Of a stretch of DNA of 32,000 nucleotides, positions 26,406-32,000 are shown in pieces. The notes below the pieces were generated by a model. The model saw only the letters and a list, made by a program, of their open reading frames with translations, searched no databases and had not been told where the DNA came from. A program made the position numbers and the translations under genes. Source of the DNA: an uncultured Erysipelotrichaceae bacterium (GTDB lineage: Bacteria > Bacillota_I > Bacilli_A > Erysipelotrichales > Erysipelotrichaceae); NCBI GenBank assembly GCA_942493105.1, contig OW818668.1, positions 1,050,001 to 1,082,000 on the forward strand, written 5' to 3'. How positions within the stretch are numbered: the stretch's first letter is position 1; each line of letters starts with the position of its first letter.

Positions 26406-26454
26406 ATTCGTACCAGAATCGTACCAAATCAATTATCAAAAGCTGAATTGTACC
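26406..26454 (+). repeat. Three AATCGTACC-type 9-mers (putative arm-type sites, right end)
   Basis: ATTCGTACC at 26406-26414, AATCGTACC at 26417-26425, AATTGTACC at 26446-26454. Same orientation as the left-end copies. Confidence 0.5.
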
Positions 26455-26533
26455 GATAAAACACCATACGAACTATCAAAAAACTAATTTTTCTGATTAT
26501 TTTAAAGGATTTTCGAATGAATTATATTCGTAA

Positions 26534-26558
26534 GTTCGATTCCTGTTGTCGGCACCAT
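26534..26558 (+). pseudogene. Displaced 3' fragment of tRNA-Thr carrying att core copy 2
   Basis: gttcgattcctgttgtcggcaccat is a T-loop plus 3' acceptor plus CCA with no 5' half. The core at 26541-26558 is identical to 12635-12652. Confidence 0.85.
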
Positions 26559-26566
26559 GACACATC

Positions 26567-26592
26567 AAACCCTGATAGAATCAGGGTTTTTT
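26567..26592 (+). terminator. Terminator hairpin (presumed original tRNA-Thr terminator)
   Basis: aaaccctga-tagaa-tcagggttt plus T-run. Confidence 0.75.
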
Positions 26593-26677
26593 GAACCTCA
26601 ATTCGCTCAGGTGTAACAAAAGTGTAACAGTTTATAAAAAAACGATAGAAAAATGAATGTAAAACACGCATCGTAGG

Positions 26678-26706
26678 TAGACTTAGGAATGGGTAAAGAG
26701 GATAAT
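26678..26706 (+). promoter_or_regulatory. Cassette promoter module copy 1 (TAGACT-17-GATAAT)
   Basis: gGTAGACT, exact 17-nt spacer ending aaagag, then GATAATGGGA. Confidence 0.55.
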
Positions 26707-26810
26707 GGGAGTAACGATTTGTGTCAATGATTTAGGTATCTTCCAGTCCTCGTATTGTCTATTTGGGTATGCGCCTAATAGAACTTCCAAAGAAAAGATG
26801 GGTGAAACAA

Positions 26811-27569
26811 ATGCGACGAATAATCTCTATCCTGATGGCTTTATTCCTGTTCTCTGCGTGTGATGATTTTGTGCTATACAAAGGACATTATCCTGAGCTT
26901 CAGAGTATCGCTACCCATTCATTGTTGGGTGTCTTCGGTTTTGAAAGTGATGAGATCCTGATCCTGGAGAAAGATGAATGGGGTAGGACCTTGTTTGCTT
27001 TCGTGGGATCATCCATCTATACAGATGACTACATCCTTGCTGTCTTGATCTCGCAAAAGACCACGGAAACAAATGCCTACTTCTATGATACTTATAATTT
27101 CATCGTCAAAGAATGTCCAGATTATGTCAAGTATCATGATATTACGACCGATTTAGTGCAGCAATACTTCACCGATGAAGAAATTCAGCAATTGGAAGCG
27201 ACAAATGATTGGGGCCATCCAATTCAAAATGAGTTGCTTTTTGAGATCAAGATCGCCCGCAAGAAAGTCGATAAGATTTCTGTGCAGAAACAACGAGCTG
27301 CTTTTGACCGTATCACAGACCAATATCACTATAATAATTGTGTCCCATTGTCAACAGACCGAAACGGATTAACGCTGTATCTTTTAAGTGAAAGAGACTA
27401 CAACAGCGATGAAAAAGTGTATGAATTCGGCAATTCATATATGGCGATGTTTGATAAAACCGGTCATTTAGTGTCTGAAACCAGTCTTGAAACCCTGAAT
27501 GATTTATGGATGTATCAAGAACAGCTAAGAGCGTTTAAAACCAAGAATGGGTGGGTGTTCCATGATTAA
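26811..27569 (+). CDS. Hypothetical lipoprotein-like protein
   Basis: ATG at 26811 gives MRRIISILMALFLFSACDD (signal peptide plus Cys). The TTG-initiated extension from 26763 is unsupported. Confidence 0.6.
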   Translation: MRRIISILMALFLFSACDDFVLYKGHYPELQSIATHSLLGVFGFESDEILILEKDEWGRTLFAFVGSSIYTDDYILAVLISQKTTETNAYFYDTYNFIVKECPDYVKYHDITTDLVQQYFTDEEIQQLEATNDWGHPIQNELLFEIKIARKKVDKISVQKQRAAFDRITDQYHYNNCVPLSTDRNGLTLYLLSERDYNSDEKVYEFGNSYMAMFDKTGHLVSETSLETLNDLWMYQEQLRAFKTKNGWVFHD

Positions 27570-27620
27570 GCATGATTCTGATGCAATTCATAAAGTGAAG
27601 AGTGTTGAGTAAAGTGAAGT

Positions 27621-27742
27621 CCCAAATCGTCTGTCTCGTCATCCCGAGGGACACGATTGGGTGTGCCTAAACGTTCATGCTAGACTGTGGGGAATGCTCC
27701 ACCTGGAGCGAATACGAAGACCGTGGTGAGCTCTATAGAATT
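27621..27742 (+). repeat. Structured intergenic repeat, copy 1 (long hairpin plus conserved core)
   Basis: Hairpin CCCAAATCG...CGATTGGG at 27621-27661 enclosing atcccgagggacacga. The core 27655-27742 is roughly 80-85 percent identical by eye to 30763-30848 and includes the GCTCC/GGAGC hairpin. Confidence 0.6.
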
Positions 27743-27775
27743 CTTAAGGATTGTCTGTTCCATAAGGAGATCGCT

Positions 27776-28117
27776 GTGAGAAAGTATGCCGTATTGAAAG
27801 AACCAAAAGATAAGGTTGTAAAGATCATGTTGTATGAAGTAACAGATGGTGTTTATCTTTTTGAATATGATACAGTTGCGGACTATCTTTGTTGCTCTGA
27901 TCTTTTTTTCAGTACGATAGAAGAAGCGCTCACTTATTGCGATGAGACATACAGTATCAAAGATTCCGACTGGATTATGATTAATGATCCTTTCGAATAT
28001 TGTCAAAACGACTTGATATCACCCGTAAGGATTAAAGGCAGAGATATCGGAAAACCGGTTTGGGGAGAATATGAGATTCTGTCAAATGGTAAATGGGTGG
28101 AACATCAATTGAAGTGA
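27776..28117 (+). CDS. Hypothetical small protein (~113 aa)
   Basis: GTG at 27776 lies 6 nt after AAGGAG (27764-27769). The upstream part of track ORF 27677 overlaps the noncoding repeat. Confidence 0.5.
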   Translation: MRKYAVLKEPKDKVVKIMLYEVTDGVYLFEYDTVADYLCCSDLFFSTIEEALTYCDETYSIKDSDWIMINDPFEYCQNDLISPVRIKGRDIGKPVWGEYEILSNGKWVEHQLK

Positions 28118-28176
28118 TTTACAGTCACAGGATTATAAAATTATGATAATTAATCTAATGTAACAAGTATAGTAGG

Positions 28177-28205
28177 TAGACTATGAGGGCAATAAAAGGG
28201 ATAAT
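28177..28205 (+). promoter_or_regulatory. Cassette promoter module copy 2 (TAGACT-17-GATAAT)
   Basis: gGTAGACT, 17-nt spacer ending aaaagg, then GATAATGGGA. Confidence 0.55.
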
Positions 28206-28399
28206 GGGAATGATAGTATTTATTAATGAATGCCTAATTATTTTTTGGCAAAAGCAACATTAAATTCTTATTAGGCTGGCCTGACCCCCAAAAATTGGTA
28301 TAACTTTGAATCAGAGATTTGGAGTGGCTGAGAAAAATAGTTAACATATTGAAAGATATTATGATGCTGGTTTACTTACATTTATTAAGGAGAACTACA

Positions 28400-29179
28400 A
28401 TGTATAAATTTCCATTTGGGCAGGATGTAAAAAGACTAGTACAGCAAGACCAAACACCAAAAAAAGTGTTCGTTTTAGGTGTATATGCCAGTGCAGTACA
28501 TGCGAAATGGATTCGAGATGGGAAGATCATATGTCAAGCCTTAGCAGTCGCGAGTGAGCCTTATATCTTTTGGGACGGAAATTTAAACGATACGTTGGCA
28601 ATTATAAACCAGATTAACATACCAGAAGAATTAGGTACACTCGTTTTGCCAAGCAGTAATTTGAATGGTCCGTCAGCGAAAGTGCTTGTAGAGAACATTC
28701 TTAAGCCAATGGGATATACTCGAAGCGATGCGTGGTTATGTGATTTGTTACCTGAATCGAGATTAAATCCAAATCAACTCAAAGTTATTAAAGAAAGATA
28801 TAACCCTCTAATCGAAAAATACTGTCTCAATGAGGTAACAGTACCTATCGAGGATGGTAATTTCAGTGATGAAACAAGAGCGAAGAAAATCACAGAAGAA
28901 ATATTAAAATCGCAAGCTGATTCGATTGTGCTTTTGGGTGATATTCCAATTCAACAATATTTGAAATATGAATGTAATATTGAGTTCAAGAGTCTCAGGG
29001 AATATACTCAAAAATATGGATATGGAACACCGCTTAGAGCCCAAATAGGTACGAAAGAGTTTGAAGTGATATTGTTAACTCATCCAAGACAGATTGGTGG
29101 ATTGGGTAGATCAAGCACTTATTGGTCAACCGAGCATAAGATTTGGGAGATAAGTGCTGAATTAAAGAGAAGTCGGTAA
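28400..29179 (+). CDS. Divergent UDG-superfamily-fold protein (paralog B, outside the island)
   Basis: AAGGAG at 28387-28392. The start MYKFPFGQ aligns with MTNKFPFGQ of 24560. Blocks KKVFVLGVYASAVHAKW, ENILKPMGYTRSDAWLCDLLP, ADSIVLLGDIPIQ and EVILLTHPRQIGG. Confidence 0.5.
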   Translation: MYKFPFGQDVKRLVQQDQTPKKVFVLGVYASAVHAKWIRDGKIICQALAVASEPYIFWDGNLNDTLAIINQINIPEELGTLVLPSSNLNGPSAKVLVENILKPMGYTRSDAWLCDLLPESRLNPNQLKVIKERYNPLIEKYCLNEVTVPIEDGNFSDETRAKKITEEILKSQADSIVLLGDIPIQQYLKYECNIEFKSLREYTQKYGYGTPLRAQIGTKEFEVILLTHPRQIGGLGRSSTYWSTEHKIWEISAELKRSR

Positions 29180-29245
29180 ACTTAAAACTCTATTCTGGTT
29201 TGGAACAATTTAGGGGGGGTAGTACAAGAGATTATTCAGTGTCGA

Positions 29246-29274
29246 TAGACTAGCATCTGGATAAGAGAGATAGT
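29246..29274 (+). promoter_or_regulatory. Cassette promoter module copy 3, diverged (TAGACT-17-GATAGT)
   Basis: aTAGACT, 17-nt spacer, GATAGT. Confidence 0.4.
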
Positions 29275-29391
29275 GTGTGTAGTTTGATTTATATTCCATT
29301 CAATTTTTGTATTTACTTAAGTGTAATGCTATTAGGTTTTGCTTTCTTGCATATCAAGAAAGATAAAGTTTGAACTTTAAAAGGAGACAAA

Positions 29392-29934
29392 GTGATTGGA
29401 GATTTAGGATTCAGTAATATACACCAAAGTATGAAGGACATATTTTGTATTACAGAAATGAGAATAAATTATGCAAAAATTATGGTTGTTGAAACAAGTA
29501 GGTACATTAGATCCTTGCAAAAAATTAAAATTGAGTTGAGTGGTAATTCTGATACGATTAATAAGTACGATGAACAAACAATTGCTCATCAAAAAGTTAA
29601 TGTTTCTATGATTTATGAAGAGAAGAACTTTTTGAAATTTTATTCTCAGGATGAACTTTTTACAAATGTGATTGATTCACTTCTTGAGAACCAACTAAAG
29701 CACAGATTTGAGGCTATTAATGATTATCAGGTCAAACAGAAACTTGATATAAGGTTAAGAATTATTATACTAAATGACGAAATATCCGAGGTATTGAGAG
29801 ATGTTGGGATTGCACCTGAACACCCTTATAATCAGAGTTACATGATAATGCTCGCTAGATTAGAAAAAAATGATGCATTGTTAAAAGAATTAATTGGAAA
29901 ATTCAATGACAAGTATTTATCTTTGAACCTTTAA
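29392..29934 (+). CDS. Hypothetical protein (180 aa, helical)
   Basis: GTG start 6 nt after AAGGAG. No recognisable motifs. Confidence 0.5.
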   Translation: MIGDLGFSNIHQSMKDIFCITEMRINYAKIMVVETSRYIRSLQKIKIELSGNSDTINKYDEQTIAHQKVNVSMIYEEKNFLKFYSQDELFTNVIDSLLENQLKHRFEAINDYQVKQKLDIRLRIIILNDEISEVLRDVGIAPEHPYNQSYMIMLARLEKNDALLKELIGKFNDKYLSLNL

Positions 29935-29950
29935 ATATGATACTGAATAA

Positions 29951-30562
29951 TCAATAACTCTTAATGTAGTTATTGAGTCTGGATTTGAAATAGCAAATTT
30001 CAATCAATGTTTTAATCGTTTTTTTCGTCTCTACTAAATTTAGTTTGTCTTGTTTTACTGATTCTGTAGAAATAGGCATAAAAAGTCGGTTTATCAAAAT
30101 CTCCTTTGTATCTTCAATTGCATATGTAATTAATATAGAAATCTCTCCAGCCTTAATTTCTTCATCCTGATAGCTTTCCATTTCAGGTCGATCCAAATAA
30201 ATTGGCTTTACGGAAAATATGCTACTTCCATTTAATGGTACAGTCATCGAATTATCTAAACAAAGTTTTCTATCGTAATCTGTAACCACCTTTAACTTCA
30301 TAATCTCCCTTTCGTAATTATCAAAAAAATAGTTTGCAACTTGGGGTGAGATTATAAGCTTTTTAGAAAGTCCATAAAAATAAACCCCACTCCTGAATGA
30401 CTGTATATCAATTTCTCCATAATTATTAAGTATTTTTTCAATATATCCAAAATAAAGATCAATTATATAATCACAGAAACTACCTTTTTCCATATACTTT
30501 TCCAAAGATAATCTATCAAGCACATCGTAAAATATATACATGTATTCAAATTGTTTATTCAT
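29951..30562 (-). CDS. Hypothetical protein (~203 aa)
   Basis: Start set at ATG 30562 (GGAAAGGG RBS) rather than 30700. Convergent with 29392-29934, with a 16-bp gap. Confidence 0.5.
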   Translation of the reverse strand: MNKQFEYMYIFYDVLDRLSLEKYMEKGSFCDYIIDLYFGYIEKILNNYGEIDIQSFRSGVYFYGLSKKLIISPQVANYFFDNYEREIMKLKVVTDYDRKLCLDNSMTVPLNGSSIFSVKPIYLDRPEMESYQDEEIKAGEISILITYAIEDTKEILINRLFMPISTESVKQDKLNLVETKKTIKTLIEICYFKSRLNNYIKSY

Positions 30563-30762
30563 TTTATCCCTTTCCTCATAATAAAAGCCATTACAAAAAT
30601 TGTAACAGAGAATCTTTAGATTTACATATCTATTACATATTGAAGTGAATATTTTGAGGAAGTGTGAAAGTGGATTAGGTCGACATTTATAGAGTAACAA
30701 TGTTGAAGTGGTCTGAGAAAAACTACTCAGACTTTGGCTTTGGCAAACTCACCGTTGGACAA

Positions 30763-30848
30763 GATTGGTAGTGCCTAAGCGTTAATACTAGAATGTAGGG
30801 AATGCTCCATGTGGAGCTGATACGAAGACCGTGGAGAGTTCTGGAATT
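30763..30848 (+). repeat. Structured intergenic repeat, copy 2 (core only)
   Basis: gattggtagtgcctaagcgttaatactagaatgtagggaatgctccatgtggagctgatacgaagaccgtggagag. The hairpin stem is conserved, while the loop changes from ACCT to ATGT. Confidence 0.6.
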
Positions 30849-30862
30849 AGATGAATTGATGG

Positions 30863-30891
30863 TAGACTAGCGGACTAAGAAAAGGGATATT
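30863..30891 (+). promoter_or_regulatory. Cassette promoter module copy 4 (TAGACT-17-GATATT)
   Basis: gGTAGACT, 17-nt spacer ending aaaagg, then GATATTGGA. Confidence 0.5.
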
Positions 30892-30968
30892 GGAAATAAT
30901 GTTGGGTAGGTCATAAACCTCTCCATGAAAGTCAAAGAAGACCAATTTTCCCAAAATGAGGTATCAAT

Positions 30969-31232
30969 ATGATATTTAAAAAAACTTGGAAACATAAAAT
31001 CACAGGGCGTGATGGAAACTGCATTCTTTTTGGAGTTAACATCATTAGTTACGAGTGGAATGTTACCGGAGAAAAGATAACAGTTTTTGACCCTAAATAT
31101 CACGAGGAACATATACTTAACGTTTATACTGTTAATATTGATGGAACAATAAAAAGGTTTGCTGCTGGCGAATTTAGCAACGGTGTATGGGGATTCTACT
31201 TAGAAAAATGGTTTATTAAAGTAAGACAATAA
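30969..31232 (+). CDS. Hypothetical small protein (87 aa)
   Basis: GAGG RBS. No motifs recognised. Its size and sequence style are reminiscent of small immunity-type proteins (inference only). Confidence 0.5.
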   Translation: MIFKKTWKHKITGRDGNCILFGVNIISYEWNVTGEKITVFDPKYHEEHILNVYTVNIDGTIKRFAAGEFSNGVWGFYLEKWFIKVRQ

Positions 31233-31320
31233 GAGGATTGTTGGTTTTTAGATTACAGTGGATTTATAAGAGAGCCCTGTGAGGATTATCATATAAGTAC
31301 AACAGAGTAAAAAGGTTTGG

Positions 31321-31400
31321 TCGTTCCCGTTATCCCGAGGGACACGAACTCACTCAGCCCTTAAGCTAATACTCGTCAACACAGAACGCTTCCCTAAGTG
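31321..31400 (+). repeat. Structured intergenic repeat, copy 3 (diverged)
   Basis: Shares atcccgagggacacga (31332-31347) with 27641-27656, and shares gcccttaagctaatactcg with the core. GGGACAC...GTGTCCC forms an inverted repeat. Confidence 0.4.
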
Positions 31401-31460
31401 TCCCGGATTGACAGAGGGAATAAGAAAATATTCGAAGGAATTATTATTGGAGGTAACTTG

Positions 31461-32000
31461 GTGAACGAATATAAAGAAGATTGGATCAATGAGACAATCG
31501 ACATATCAATGATAATTAACTTCAAAGAACTAAAAGGGGTACTAGACTGTACTTATGTTGTTCTTGAAATACTCGGTGAGAATCTTGGAACGATTATAAA
31601 AGCGATTTTTTCAAAAGATAAGGTGCGTTATTTATCTTCAGCGCTTATTACTTCACTTGAGAATACAACAAAAAGCATTTATATTTGCTGTAAAATTGGA
31701 AATATCATTGATGCGAATGTTCTTGCGAGAAAGTTCAGAGATGATTTATTTCAACTCTTATTCATTCTTGATTCAATAGAGAAAATTGATCAGTCAAAAA
31801 TTGATTTAACTACCAAAGAAACAAATAATATCAAGTTATTTGCTGATCTTGAAGATTTGGTAGATTTATGGTTTGACAACGAAATACACCTACACAAACA
31901 GAAACATAAATTAAAATACTCTCAATATAAGAGCAGGATTATGGAAAACAACGTGATTCTAAATGGTCTTTATGAAGAGCATTTGAAACTTGCATTTGAG
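31461..32000 (+). CDS. Hypothetical protein, 5' partial view (open to the window end; not in the supplied ORF track)
   Basis: GGAGG at 31449-31453, GTG at 31461, and 180 sense codons with no stop to position 32000. Confidence 0.55.
   Translation, partial: MNEYKEDWINETIDISMIINFKELKGVLDCTYVVLEILGENLGTIIKAIFSKDKVRYLSSALITSLENTTKSIYICCKIGNIIDANVLARKFRDDLFQLLFILDSIEKIDQSKIDLTTKETNNIKLFADLEDLVDLWFDNEIHLHKQKHKLKYSQYKSRIMENNVILNGLYEEHLKLAFE

Larger units (their letters stand above)
12635..26558. mobile_element. tRNA-Thr-integrated genomic island with a phage-satellite (PICI-like) backbone and defence-type cargo, ~13.9 kb
   Basis: 18-bp direct repeats at both ends, integrase next to the tRNA, and a repressor/switch/replication/TerS-like module. 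Visibly more AT-rich than the left flank. A displaced tRNA 3' fragment sits at the distal end. Confidence 0.85.

Noticed and set aside
27661-27680. GCCTAA(A/G)CGTT in the repeat core resembles integron attC inverse-core/core sequences (GCCTAAC ... GTTAGGC), suggesting an integron cassette array
   Set aside because: The two halves are adjacent rather than separated by an imperfect palindrome. No integron integrase or attI is present. The genes carry their own promoters, and the element is not at every cassette boundary.
27677-27775. N-terminal 33 codons of track ORF 27677-28117 (MLDCGECSTWSEYEDRGELY...)
   Set aside because: This stretch coincides with the intergenic repeat core, and the homologous copy at 30763-30848 has stop codons in that frame. 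A GTG with a perfect AAGGAG RBS at 27776 is a better start.
27655-30848. Repeat pair as template/variable repeats of a diversity-generating retroelement
   Set aside because: The mismatches are not adenine-specific, neither copy lies within a coding C-terminus, and no reverse transcriptase gene is present in the window.
1-32000. CRISPR arrays, rRNA genes, and IS elements or transposases
   Set aside because: I found no regularly spaced direct repeats with unique spacers, no rRNA-like sequence, and no transposase-like ORF or terminal inverted repeats. The only recombinase is the tyrosine integrase.

Overview
Low-GC chromosomal window (Firmicutes/Mollicutes-like, standard genetic code). All functional calls come from reading motifs by eye; no searches were run. 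Positions 1-12.6 kb are ordinary core genes: an RlmI-like rRNA methyltransferase, an AI-2E transporter, a rhodanese lipoprotein, an aldo/keto reductase, a VOC protein and an EIIC-like permease. They continue with a tandem triplet of small paralogous membrane proteins with a duplicated promoter/operator, feoAB plus its Cys-rich partner, an esterase, a 4-tRNA cluster (Val-GAC, Arg-CCG, Pro-CGG, Ala-GGC), a GH16-fold membrane protein and an SPFH protein. tRNA-Thr(CGT) at 12576-12651 is the integration site of a ~13.9 kb, visibly more AT-rich island bounded by an 18-bp direct repeat (12635-12652 / 26541-26558). The island has a phage-satellite (PICI-like) backbone: tyrosine integrase, XRE repressor, divergent switch region, DUF3173-like HTH protein, replisome-organizer protein and TerS-like protein. 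Behind a terminator sits a cargo block at 16.1-25.6 kb. Its core is a translationally coupled operon of a ParB-N-like protein, an SNF2 ATPase, a DUF3883-type nuclease and a beta-class N4/N6 DNA methyltransferase. I cannot assign this operon to any described R-M, BREX or DISARM class, and it is the best candidate for an undescribed system. It is followed by a 1064-aa AlbA_2 (Schlafen)-like protein and a divergent UDG-fold protein. Right of the island (26.6-32 kb) is a second AT-rich accessory stretch of orphan genes, including a paralog of the UDG-fold gene. Four conserved TAGACT-17-GATAAT promoter modules head gene units here, and a conserved structured repeat is interspersed between them.
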